DNA of 32,000 nucleotides from Promethearchaeum syntrophicum (GTDB lineage: Archaea; Asgardarchaeota; Lokiarchaeia; Sigyniarchaeales; Promethearchaeaceae): NCBI RefSeq assembly GCF_008000775.2, contig NZ_CP042905.2, forward strand, positions 3,810,001 to 3,842,000, given 5' to 3'. Below are positions 7,991 to 16,777 of this stretch, in pieces. The position numbers and the translations under genes are program-made. The notes below the pieces were generated by a model, which saw only the letters and a list, made by a program, of their open reading frames with translations, was not told the origin of the DNA and ran no database searches. The first letter of the stretch is position 1. Each line of letters starts with the position of its first letter.

Positions 7991-8103
7991 TTTCAAAGCA
8001 ATTAAGAAATCAATATTTTTTAAAAGAATCTGTTTTAGTATAAAGGTAAAATACAAAGTATTTTTTTAGGAATAAATAAATTTTGTGTGTTTTTCTCATT
8101 ATT

Positions 8104-10671
8104 ATGGATAAATTAGATGATATTCATTTTAGACTGAAAAATCATGGAGATTTTGCAAGTCCCAATGTCGAGAAAAATTACCGACCTTCATTAGAACTTG
8201 AACCAATTCATCAAATTATTAAACTTAAATTTGATTTACCTAATAAAAAAGCTGAAGGGGTTGTTACTACAACTATTAAAGCTAATGGAATTGCACCAAA
8301 CCACATTAAATTTGATGCGATGGATTTAAATATTCTCTCTGTCAAAGGACCAAATAGATGGGATTATGATGGGAAATATATTGACTTATATTGGGAATTA
8401 CCTTTCACGAAAGGAGAGAAACGAGATGCCACTATTGAATACGAAATAGCTAATCCAATTACAGGTATGTATTTTAGTTATCCCGATGAAAAGTATCCAG
8501 ATCGACCAAAATATGCAGTAACTGATAATGAATCAATAAGGGCTCGATACTGGCTTCCTTGTGTTGACCACCTATCTATTCGTTGTGGGGTTGATTACTT
8601 CCTTACATCGAATAAAGAACATTTCATCTTAGCAAATGGAAAATTAGTTGAAGAAAGAGATAATGGAAATGGAACAAAAACGGCTCATTGGAATCAAAGT
8701 TTTCCAAGCCCAAGTTATTTACTAACATTAGCCGTAGGAGAATTTATTGAATATAAAGACAATCCCGCTGATGCAGGAAAGGGTAAAATTCCCTTAGCTT
8801 ATTATACAACCCAAAATTTTAAAGTAGAAGATTTAAAGCGCGCCTTTGATAAAACGGGTAAATATTTAGCGTGGTTTAATAAAAAATTACAATGCCCTTT
8901 AGAATGGGACAAATACTACCAAATTGCAACGGCTCATCATGGAGGAGCAATGGAAAATATTAGTTTTGTTACTTGGGGCGATTTTGCAATAGTTAATGAA
9001 AAAGAATCTAAAGAATTTCAATATATTGTCGATCTAATTAACGTCCATGAAATGGCGCATAGCTGGTTTGGAGATATGATCGTTTGTAATGAGTTTAGTA
9101 CGGCTTATTTAAAAGAAAGCTTCGCTGTTTTTATGGAGTCGATTTATTTCAAGGAAAATGTAAATTATGACACTTATCTTTACGAACTCTATTTAAATGC
9201 AAATAAATATATGGAAGAATCCGATAACAAGTATGCTAGACCTATTGTAACTAACAAATATGACAGTTCTTGGGATATGTATGATATGCATCTTTATCCT
9301 GGAGGAGCATGGCGTATTCATATGTTACGAAATATCGTGGGAGAAAATGTCTTTTGGGAAGCAGTCACAGACTATTTGAATACCTATAAAGGAAAAACTG
9401 TTGAAACACTCGATTTCCAGAGAAAACTGGAGGAACATTCTGGTTTAAGTTTAGAAGCTTTCTTTGAACAATGGTTTTACAGCCCCGGCTATCCGAAATT
9501 GAAAGTTTCCTTTTCATATAATGACAAAACTCATCTCGGGTCCCTAAAGGTAGAACAAACTCAAGAAGATAAGAAGAAGAAAATTGGAATTTTTAAGTTT
9601 CCATTAGATGTAAAATATGAAATTGATGGAAGAATAATTACTCAGACATTTCAGATAAACGAAAAAGAGCAAACACTATTTATACGTTGTGATAAAAAAC
9701 CCAAACAAATTGTTCTTGATCCAAATTTTATAACTCTCTTCTCTTTGGAATTTAATCCAGGATCCGATATGTTAATTCACCAGCTTCGATCAGATGCAAA
9801 TAATATTATTGATCGAATTCGAGCTGCAGGTGAGTTAGCGAAAGAAGGTAAAATGAGCAATTTGAAAGCTATTGAAGAAGCGTATAACAAGACCGATTTC
9901 TGGGGAATAAAGAATCAGTATGCAAAAATCCTTGCAAAATCACCTAATTTCGAAGGAATTAAGATTATAATTAGAATTTTAGAAACTGAAACAGATCCAA
10001 TGGTTTTAAAAGAATTAATTGGATCTTTAATGAATTCTCGCTATGAAATCGTGTTTGAAGCTATGAAAAAATATCTCCAACGTGAAGATAAGCTATATTG
10101 GGCAACGTATCGAGCATTATTAGTAATGGGATCGCAGCGAAATGAAAAAGCTTTTGAGTTCTTAAACAGTTATCAAATAGATGAGGATTTTAAATTCATC
10201 ATACAAAAGGGATTAAATACTGCAATTGGAAAAACTCGCTCAGAAAAAGCCATTGATTATTTATTAGAGCGTTTACCATATGGAAAAGAACCAGAATATG
10301 TAAGAACCTCAACTATCAGTGCATTAGGAGAAGTTACGCAATGGTCAGAGAAATATATAAAAGAAAAAGTTATGAATCAGTTAACAGATTTACTAAAAAC
10401 TGAAAAAAATGAGAATGTAATTCAAACAATTAGTCGAACTTTAAGTGGGTTTAAAGATGCTCAAGTCATTTCTTCAATCGAAAATGCAAAATTTAAGATG
10501 GCCACTCAAGATCATCCTTCTGTAGATCGTCGCATCAAGTCGATAACTAAGGGAAAAACTGCTGAGAAAGAAAAAGCTCAACTTCAAACAGATTTAGATG
10601 AAATAAAAAAGAAAATGAAAAAATTATTTGCCAAAGTTGAAGTTTTAGAAGCAAATTCTAAAAAGTATTGA
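8104..10671 (+). CDS. M1-family zinc aminopeptidase (aminopeptidase N-like) with C-terminal HEAT-like repeats
   Basis: Exopeptidase motif GGAMEN; zinc motif HEMAHSWFGD with a downstream Glu (LKESFAVFME). The C-terminal roughly 280 aa are helical-repeat-like (RIRAAGELAKEG, RTSTISALGEV). The ORF track starts at a TTG (8083); the ATG at 8104 (MDKLDD) is more plausible. Confidence 0.9.
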   Translation: MDKLDDIHFRLKNHGDFASPNVEKNYRPSLELEPIHQIIKLKFDLPNKKAEGVVTTTIKANGIAPNHIKFDAMDLNILSVKGPNRWDYDGKYIDLYWELPFTKGEKRDATIEYEIANPITGMYFSYPDEKYPDRPKYAVTDNESIRARYWLPCVDHLSIRCGVDYFLTSNKEHFILANGKLVEERDNGNGTKTAHWNQSFPSPSYLLTLAVGEFIEYKDNPADAGKGKIPLAYYTTQNFKVEDLKRAFDKTGKYLAWFNKKLQCPLEWDKYYQIATAHHGGAMENISFVTWGDFAIVNEKESKEFQYIVDLINVHEMAHSWFGDMIVCNEFSTAYLKESFAVFMESIYFKENVNYDTYLYELYLNANKYMEESDNKYARPIVTNKYDSSWDMYDMHLYPGGAWRIHMLRNIVGENVFWEAVTDYLNTYKGKTVETLDFQRKLEEHSGLSLEAFFEQWFYSPGYPKLKVSFSYNDKTHLGSLKVEQTQEDKKKKIGIFKFPLDVKYEIDGRIITQTFQINEKEQTLFIRCDKKPKQIVLDPNFITLFSLEFNPGSDMLIHQLRSDANNIIDRIRAAGELAKEGKMSNLKAIEEAYNKTDFWGIKNQYAKILAKSPNFEGIKIIIRILETETDPMVLKELIGSLMNSRYEIVFEAMKKYLQREDKLYWATYRALLVMGSQRNEKAFEFLNSYQIDEDFKFIIQKGLNTAIGKTRSEKAIDYLLERLPYGKEPEYVRTSTISALGEVTQWSEKYIKEKVMNQLTDLLKTEKNENVIQTISRTLSGFKDAQVISSIENAKFKMATQDHPSVDRRIKSITKGKTAEKEKAQLQTDLDEIKKKMKKLFAKVEVLEANSKKY

Positions 10672-10702
10672 ATGCATTTCTATTTTATTTCATTTTTTTT
10701 CT

Positions 10703-11308
10703 TTACCGTGAAAGGTATGAACTTGCAGCTATATGTGCCAAGCGTAGTGGCTCAGGAATTGCAGAATATTCAGACAAGAACTTTAAAAGTTCAACAATTT
10801 CCTTCTTGGTGATACCAATTGCGTGAAAAAATATTTCCCTTGTAATTTTAGGATCTTGATTTATACTTACAATTAATGAGTCAATTTTTGGCAATTTTTT
10901 CAATATTTCTATTTGTTCATCACGTTCGGGAAAAACCTGACTGTAAATTTCACTAATTATAGTTTTAGGTTTCTTTCCAGGCAATAATAAAATCGGAATT
11001 TTAGTTTTTTCATATATTTCAAAGGGATTTGGGGGATTAAACCCTCCTAAAGTAGGTGAATCAATCATAATTAAGCGTATTTCATTCCTATAAGGATTCT
11101 TTTTAAATAAGCGAATAACTTCATTGGTTGAATCTGTTCCATCAATTTCAATTTTTCCATAAGAAAGGTGAAGGAGTTGAATTCCTCGAGTTGTAACCCC
11201 TACTAAAGGAGTTGTGGGGATAAAATCAGTTTTTTTAATATATTTTGCCAAATCTTCTTTTGAGTGTTGACCATCATCAAAAGCCATAATAGAAATTTTT
11301 TTTTTCAC
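10703..11308 (-). CDS. DUF99/UPF0215-family protein
   Basis: MAFDDG...LVGVTTRG...IEIDGTDSTNEVIRL...IRLIMIDSPTLGGFN matches the remembered DUF99 pattern (G-x-DDG, V-x-x-R-G, DG-x-D-x-T, GFN). The ORF start is a GTG overlapping the upstream stop (GTGA, 11305-11308). An alternative ATG lies at 11285-11287. Confidence 0.5.
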   Translation of the reverse strand: MKKKISIMAFDDGQHSKEDLAKYIKKTDFIPTTPLVGVTTRGIQLLHLSYGKIEIDGTDSTNEVIRLFKKNPYRNEIRLIMIDSPTLGGFNPPNPFEIYEKTKIPILLLPGKKPKTIISEIYSQVFPERDEQIEILKKLPKIDSLIVSINQDPKITREIFFHAIGITKKEIVELLKFLSEYSAIPEPLRLAHIAASSYLSR

Positions 11309-11748
11309 GAAGAAAATATAGTTAAAAGATGGCTTTTAATCTTTAGTAGAAGATGTGTAAAAGCTTTGATTGCACCTAATTTTTCTATTTTAAAATCGTT
11401 TAAATCATAGTTTTTCAGGGTTTCAATTAGAACTTCAGCCATTGATTCCAAAGACCACCCAATACAATACGTATATCCAATTAATGCTTCAGTTGTATCT
11501 GCTAATCCATGTGCGTCAGATCGAGTTTTTGCAAATTTTTTCATATCGGATTGTTTTAAAGCAGCAGATAAAATTAATCTGCTAACCTTTCTCTGATCAA
11601 GTTTTCCTAAAACTACCGATTTAGCAAGAGAATAAATAAAATTCGTAACAGTATCCCCAAATTTAGCAAGATCTTTATCTATGCCAATTTCTTTTATACT
11701 TTTTTTATTTTGAACAATATTTTGAAGTGACGAAGGAATATCATCCAT
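11305..11748 (-). CDS. RNase III-like domain protein (degenerate N-terminal signature)
   Basis: LAKFGDTVTNFIYSLA resembles the RNase III signature xLEFLGDAxL. VSRLILSAALKQSDMKKF and GLADTTEALIGYTY resemble the LAD-x-x-EALIGA segment. The Glu of the LEFLGD box is not conserved. Confidence 0.4.
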   Translation of the reverse strand: MDDIPSSLQNIVQNKKSIKEIGIDKDLAKFGDTVTNFIYSLAKSVVLGKLDQRKVSRLILSAALKQSDMKKFAKTRSDAHGLADTTEALIGYTYCIGWSLESMAEVLIETLKNYDLNDFKIEKLGAIKAFTHLLLKIKSHLLTIFSS

Positions 11749-11784
11749 AGAATTACCCTTTTAAAAAGAAATGATTACAAAAAA

Positions 11785-12273
11785 TTAAGATTTGATTTGG
11801 GAAACAGCGTTGCCCATACCTTTCCAATCAATACGCATTAATTTTAAAGCTTCTTTTAGAATATTTTTAATTTCTTTTGAACCATCTGTGCGAACGTACA
11901 TAACAGGAGGTTCAAGACTAGTATTTTTATAAGCAGCAAATTCGACACCTTTGCATTTAAGGACTTTAGTTATAAGATAGTTCATAAATCCATGAGACTG
12001 ATGGATTACGTGAACGTAAAACTCCGTTCCATTTTCCTCTTGCTCAACAGATATTTTCAAATATTTAAAATCTCTTTGGGGCTCAATTAATTCTTGAGAT
12101 AAACGTTCTGCTAGATCTTCTGAAGAAGTATCATCTGAAGTAGGTGAACTTGTGCTAATTAAAGATGCATTAGCTTTTTGTTCTTCTTTACGAAGATCTT
12201 CTAATCCTTCTTTGTTGTCAAATTCTCCAAAAACTTCACTGTCTAAATCATTTTCAGTTTTCTTCTTTCCCAT
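11785..12273 (-). CDS. rpoL: RNA polymerase subunit Rpo11/RpoL-like protein with N-terminal acidic/Ser-rich extension
   Basis: The C-terminal roughly 95 aa (HQSHGFMNYLITKVLKCKGVEFAAYKNTSLEPPVMYVRTDGSKEIKNILKEAL) align by eye with the archaeal Rpo11 pattern (DHTLGNLL...GVxFAxY..HPL....I.I.TDGS...AL..A). The ORF extends to 12297. The ATG at 12271-12273 is preceded by GGAAGGTTGA (SD-like). Confidence 0.55.
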   Translation of the reverse strand: MGKKKTENDLDSEVFGEFDNKEGLEDLRKEEQKANASLISTSSPTSDDTSSEDLAERLSQELIEPQRDFKYLKISVEQEENGTEFYVHVIHQSHGFMNYLITKVLKCKGVEFAAYKNTSLEPPVMYVRTDGSKEIKNILKEALKLMRIDWKGMGNAVSQIKS

Positions 12274-12311
12274 AATGTTTTCAACCTTCCATCTCAAAAA
12301 AATTTTACTTT

Positions 12312-12536
12312 TTACATTTCTAGTTCTTCGATATAAGCCCTCATTTGATGTTCAAAAAGATTAATTTTATCCTTTGGGCCGGTAACATTTAAATTTAAAC
12401 CTGAATCGTGTGTATAGCTAATTCTTATTTGAAGCCCTGAACTTTTACTTTTTTTTTGTGCAAAATGAATATAATTTTCTATATTACTAACTGAATTGGG
12501 TTTAAAAAAAAGTGATTTTTTTCCTGATTTTGCCAT
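12312..12536 (-). CDS. Small hypothetical protein (74 aa) between csl4 and rpoL-like gene
   Basis: An ORF that fills a co-directional gap in a tight gene string. No motif recognised. Confidence 0.4.
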   Translation of the reverse strand: MAKSGKKSLFFKPNSVSNIENYIHFAQKKSKSSGLQIRISYTHDSGLNLNVTGPKDKINLFEHQMRAYIEELEM

Positions 12537-12584
12537 TTCATCTATCTCATTTTCTGAAAATTTTATTTGAGGTGATACTTTTCT

Positions 12585-13178
12585 CTAAAAACGAAGTAAA
12601 ATCTCAACTTCACCATAATCTGAAGCAATTTTTTTCCTTTCTGAGTGATTGCAAAAAAGACATTTTACTTGATCGCGACCTTTACGTTCCATTTTATGAC
12701 CGCAGTATTTACAATTTGAAAGGATAACACCTAAATTCGTTGAATTTGTTGCAACTTTCCACTCTTTTCCAAACTTTGATAAAACTCTCGCACGAACTAA
12801 ATCAGTTTTTTGAAATACATTATCTAATTTATCAACATAACTTTTAGAAACACTAGAAACGTGAATATTTGCAAAGGTTCCATTTCTAACAATAACCTTA
12901 CCATTGAGAGAAATCATCCGAACTCCAACTGAATTCTTTCTGATCATTGAAACTTCGCCAATAATTAAATCTCCTTGCTTTGGAATTATCCTCTTTTCTT
13001 CATTGTGGGCATTAATATGTATTAATCGTTCTTGTTCATTAATATCTAAAATACCGTTAATTGCGGCATAAATATTGCCATTTTCTGAATATGTTGAGTC
13101 TTGTGAACCTAAAAATTGCTCTTCAAAACCTAATTCATCACCAATTTTTACAATATCACCTGATTTTGGGATTGCCAT
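12585..13178 (-). CDS. csl4: Exosome complex RNA-binding subunit Csl4
   Basis: N-terminal domain, a central S1-like barrel (GDLIIGEVSMIRKNSVGVRMISLNG...IHVSSVS) and a C-terminal zinc ribbon CKYCGHKMERKGRDQVKCLFCNH (CxxC...CxxC). Sits next to rpoL and a COG2263-type methylase, a known archaeal arrangement. Confidence 0.8.
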   Translation of the reverse strand: MAIPKSGDIVKIGDELGFEEQFLGSQDSTYSENGNIYAAINGILDINEQERLIHINAHNEEKRIIPKQGDLIIGEVSMIRKNSVGVRMISLNGKVIVRNGTFANIHVSSVSKSYVDKLDNVFQKTDLVRARVLSKFGKEWKVATNSTNLGVILSNCKYCGHKMERKGRDQVKCLFCNHSERKKIASDYGEVEILLRF

Positions 13179-13241
13179 ACATTTTTCATCTGCATCTGTT
13201 GCTAAATAATTAAATGTAGCAAACCTTTTAGATTTATATCA

Positions 13242-13937
13242 ATGAAACGAGCGATGAAAAAAAGCGAATTTATAAATTATATCCAAAGCCTAAAATCATT
13301 TCAAAACCCAAAAATTGCATATGAACAATATCAAACCGATGCAATTGCAACAGCGGATTTATTTTTCCACATGGCCTTTGAGTTAAATGATTTGTCAGAA
13401 AATCTAATCGTGGATTTGGGGGCAGGAACAGGAAATTTTACAATTGCAGCTATTTTATTAGGATGTTCAAAAGTAATTGCAGTAGATTTGGATACAAAAG
13501 CATTATCTATTTTAAAAGAAAACGCATCGGAATTCAATATTTATAATAAAATTCATATAATTCATGCAGATTTGCGAGAAAAAGATATTACTTATGAAAT
13601 TGAAAATTTTAAAAACGAAAATTTTGATGAAAACAGTAAAATTGTTGTGGTTTCAAATCCACCATTTGGTGTTCATAATAAGGGAGCAGATATTATTTTT
13701 CTTTCTCAAGCTTTTAAATTTGCAGATATCATTTATTCTATCCATAACTCGGATGAAAAAACACGCGCATATCTAGCTAAAAAAATTGCAAAATTTGGCG
13801 GAATTGTTTCAGAACGAGCAACCCTCTATTTAATGCTTAAAAAAACCTATAAATTCCACTCTAAAAAAGTTAAACGAATAAAAACAGATGTTTATCGAAT
13901 AGTAAATAAAAAAAAAGGTATACATTCTCAAAAATAA
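13242..13937 (+). CDS. METTL5/COG2263-type SAM-dependent N6-adenine RNA methyltransferase
   Basis: YEQYQTDAIATADL (EQYxT box), SAM motif I VDLGAGTGNF, acidic loop AVDLD, catalytic NPPFG. Confidence 0.75.
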   Translation: MKRAMKKSEFINYIQSLKSFQNPKIAYEQYQTDAIATADLFFHMAFELNDLSENLIVDLGAGTGNFTIAAILLGCSKVIAVDLDTKALSILKENASEFNIYNKIHIIHADLREKDITYEIENFKNENFDENSKIVVVSNPPFGVHNKGADIIFLSQAFKFADIIYSIHNSDEKTRAYLAKKIAKFGGIVSERATLYLMLKKTYKFHSKKVKRIKTDVYRIVNKKKGIHSQK

Positions 13938-14046
13938 CTGCATTTTTTACTTGTAAAAAGCGAGAATAATAATTAATAAAAAATTGAAGAATAATCACTC
14001 AAATTAGTTTGAAAAATTTGCATAAGTTTAAAACCCTTACAAGTGA

Positions 14047-14706
14047 ATGGCTCCTATGGGTAGGGAAATTGTAATTATTAACGGATCTCCGCGGAAAGCG
14101 GGTTTAACTAATGCGCTAATAGAACTTTTTATTACTAAAATAAATAAATTGTCGACGCAAGGCGACCAACAACCAGATGCACATAAAATCGAATGTAAAA
14201 AAAAATAATTAAGTGAATACCATATTAATCATTGTATTGCATGTGATGCATGTCTACGAAAGCCACACGAGTGTCCTCAGTCAAAACATGATGATATGAC
14301 CAAATTAGATGCGATTCTGACACAAGCAGATGGGATTGTCATGTGTAGCCCTTCCTATTTCGCAAATGTGACGGGACTTATGAAAGATCTGATCGACCGC
14401 ACTCGTCCGCTAAAGATGGCAAAATACCGTCTGAAAAACAAATACTTTTCTGTGATCGCTACTTGGGGATTGCGAGCAGGGGGGTTGAATACGGTACAGG
14501 AAGTGCTAAACCAGTTCGCATTAATCCATGGAATGGTTGTAGTTGGGGCGGTTGGTCATCCTTTATTAATGGCGAATCTTCCTACGGAAACTGGGCAAAT
14601 GGAACACTTAAAAGAATTTCGGAATCCAGCAGTAATTAGTGAGGTTGCCCAAATCAATGTGGAAAGTCTCGCCCAGAGATTTTGGGATTTAATGCAAGAA
14701 TATTAA
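14047..14706 (+). pseudogene. Iron-sulfur flavoprotein (Isf / NADPH-dependent FMN reductase family) interrupted by an in-frame TAA at 14206-14208
   Basis: From the ATG at 14047 I read MAPMGREIVIINGSPRKAGLTNALIELF...HKIECKKK, then TAA. The same frame continues LSEYHINHCIACDACLRKPHECPQSKHDDM... into the listed ORF 14296..14706. GSPRK is the flavodoxin-like FMN loop. C-x2-C-x2-C-x5-C matches the compact Isf [4Fe-4S] motif. SPSYFANVTGLMKDLIDR is the family core. Confidence 0.7.
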
Positions 14707-14804
14707 ATTAAATAAAACAATTGGTTAATTTTCCTATGAAATAACGACTTAAATTAATGGTTAAAAAGCATATAATAATGAAAAAAAAATAAAAAATTGA
14801 TTTT

Positions 14805-16457
14805 TTAGCGTTTTCGCTTGAAAACGAATATAATTCCGATCCCTACACATAAAAGGATTAAACTTAAGCTGGGTCCGGGGATATTTAATGATACTTCGAT
14901 TAATACATCATAATATGCTCCGAAATAGCACCTATCATCTAAGGTAGGATCAATTAACAATCCTACATGAATTTGACCTTCATATGCCCCAGGATAATGC
15001 ATTTCCCAACTCTTATTCACGCTTGCATCAGCAGCCAAATTTCCGATCGTTTGATTTTGACCTCCATTGTTCACATATTCTGGTCCACCATCACTTTTTA
15101 TACCTGATTCTATCTCAAAATTGTATGTATCTGGACCGAGATTTTTCATCTCCATACTAACTATGACATTATCCGGGTATGTAGTGTTAAATGCAGATAA
15201 TGCTAATGTATATTCAACTTCATGACCCCATTCCCCATTTATCGTTTGCAATATTTCCATTCTTCCTCTATAACTTGTTAGTAACAGTACATCATCCGTT
15301 ACCGGATTCACGCAAATTTCATGGTTACCTTCTCCTTGGGTATATACCGAATAGGAAAAGTCGGTAAGAGTCTCGGAAACCCAACCACCCGAGCGATTAG
15401 TGGTATAAACTATCTGTTGAATTTCATTCTCTGTAACAACGCTGAAAACTAAAACGTTATCGTTAGCATCTAAAGCCATTTCTGGGTAATTTGAAACAGG
15501 TCCGATTTTATATGCATCCGAACCATCGGTCGTGGCATTTATTACATCATAATATAACCCAGAATTTTCTTCGTCCCAAGAGCCATTTTCCAGCTGATAA
15601 ATTTGGTTGTAAATAAAGTGAATTGTATCGGTAGAATCGATTTTTATATTTGGTGATTCGCACTTCGAACCATAAATTGGGGATTTCTCCGCAATGCACC
15701 GAGGAGAAGATTCAATCCCACTGGGCGAGATTGTTACATAATATATTGAATTATTGACCTGGAATACAATGTGGGCCAAACCCGTCGAGTCAACAGCCAT
15801 TTTAGGGAAGAATACATAATGAAGAGGGTGTGATTCCTCGTAGCTAATAATATGTCGGGTATAGTTAACGGATTCCGAATCTTCCTCATCAGCAAATTCA
15901 GCAAGGGTAAGATTAGTATATACTAACCCATCATCATCATAACTGATCATATAGATCATTGAACCTGATGGGTTTCCCGTGATTCCAAATGAGAGTTGAC
16001 TTCCTCCGACCCCTTTCTGGTACCAAGATCCATCAGCAGTTTTATTTGTAATATAATTAACAAAAGTTGCTCCATGGGAGTAAATGTGCACATCCCCTTC
16101 ATTATCTACATAAATATCATTGGCTTGAAAGTTGACATATGTAGGATCGATTAATAATTCAGGTTCTGACCAACTTCCCGTAGCATTATCAATATAGTAA
16201 ACATTATGTCCTTCTTCCCAAGTACCGCTATACACAATTGATACAGTTCCTGTTGGACCAATAGCCATATCTCCTTCAAGAGTAAAATCATCCAAATACT
16301 CCCAATAGGGTACTATAGCCGTTTTTGGTCCCACTATTAGTGTTTCTGTTGGGTATCCGTAGCCATTTACCTGATTAATTGCTAAATTGCTTCCTATCAA
16401 AAATACGAAGATCCCCAGCAGAAAAATTCTTTGCTTTGTATGTTTCATAAAATTCAC
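14805..16457 (-). CDS. Secreted beta-propeller-like protein with CARDB/Ig-like module and C-terminal membrane anchor
   Basis: Signal peptide (RIFLLGIFVFLIGSNLAINQVNG). Seven spaced repeats of a D/P-x-x-G/D-x-hydrophobic strand: PTGTVSIVYS, DNEGDVHIYS, NPSGSMIYMIS, DSTGLAHIVF, DSTDTIHFIY, DANDNVLVFS, PVTDDVLLLTS. CARDB-like VIVSMEMKNLGPDTYNFEIE. C-terminus NIPGPSLSLILLCVGIGIIFVFKRKR. 11 N-x-S/T sequons. Confidence 0.6.
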   Translation of the reverse strand: MNFMKHTKQRIFLLGIFVFLIGSNLAINQVNGYGYPTETLIVGPKTAIVPYWEYLDDFTLEGDMAIGPTGTVSIVYSGTWEEGHNVYYIDNATGSWSEPELLIDPTYVNFQANDIYVDNEGDVHIYSHGATFVNYITNKTADGSWYQKGVGGSQLSFGITGNPSGSMIYMISYDDDGLVYTNLTLAEFADEEDSESVNYTRHIISYEESHPLHYVFFPKMAVDSTGLAHIVFQVNNSIYYVTISPSGIESSPRCIAEKSPIYGSKCESPNIKIDSTDTIHFIYNQIYQLENGSWDEENSGLYYDVINATTDGSDAYKIGPVSNYPEMALDANDNVLVFSVVTENEIQQIVYTTNRSGGWVSETLTDFSYSVYTQGEGNHEICVNPVTDDVLLLTSYRGRMEILQTINGEWGHEVEYTLALSAFNTTYPDNVIVSMEMKNLGPDTYNFEIESGIKSDGGPEYVNNGGQNQTIGNLAADASVNKSWEMHYPGAYEGQIHVGLLIDPTLDDRCYFGAYYDVLIEVSLNIPGPSLSLILLCVGIGIIFVFKRKR

Positions 16458-16755
16458 TTAGATAGAATTTAAGATATTAATCAAATTGCTGTCCTAAAAA
16501 AACTGTGGTGAATGATAGTAAGTAATTATTTTTTAATCCAACGAGTATCATCTTTTTCGTTTCTAACTCTTTTAAATGATAAATCCCTTTTGAATCAACT
16601 CAGCTTTAGATAACACAAACTTTCTTTACTCCTCAACTGTGAAAACTTTCCCTAATAGACTCTTAAGATTTAGATCATTTTATTCGGTCCCGATCCACCA
16701 TCACCATATTTTTTCATACTCATCGAAAATACAAAGATGTAGAATTACTTTTCTC

Positions 16756-16771
16756 AAAAATAAAAAAAAAA
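16756..16771 (-). terminator. Oligo-T tract (T10 on minus strand) just downstream of enolase stop
   Basis: A10 on the plus strand at 16762-16771, within 20 nt of the 16778 stop. Confidence 0.4.
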
Positions 16772-16777
16772 TCGATT

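Noticed and set aside
8083-8103. TTG-initiated N-terminal extension of the M1 aminopeptidase (MCVFLII...). Similar extended starts occur at 7991-8056 for msrB, 19144-19161 (TTG) for the phosphatase, 21012-21059 (GTG) for the thiolase-like gene and 29956-29976 for CoA-transferase B.
   Set aside because: The extensions add non-conserved residues ahead of positions where family N-termini normally begin. For CoA-transferase B a strong AAGGAGGA box precedes the internal ATG. I kept the shorter ATG starts, but this cannot be proven from sequence alone.
12152-12727. Plus-strand ORFs 12152-12364 and 12512-12727 across the rpoL-like / 74-aa / csl4 region; also 19639-19854 and 29920-30141.
   Set aside because: They are antisense to a tight co-directional gene string with recognisable products, and their translations are Ser/Leu/Phe-rich noise.
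14197-14208. The Isf interruption explained as a frameshift in the A9 homopolymer.
   Set aside because: The upstream and downstream parts are in the same frame (14047 and 14296 are both codon-phase 1). Hand-testing A8 and A10 versions creates new stops, so the lesion is an in-frame TAA, not a homopolymer frameshift.
16458-16777. 320-nt intergenic region scanned for a C/D-box sRNA or tRNA (minus-strand GTGATGG and several ATGAT-like strings).
   Set aside because: I could not find a properly spaced C (RUGAUGA) / D (CUGA) box pair with terminal stem, nor any tRNA-like GTTCGAATC T-arm. The region is adequately explained as the enolase terminator plus the promoter and 5' region of the 16457 gene.
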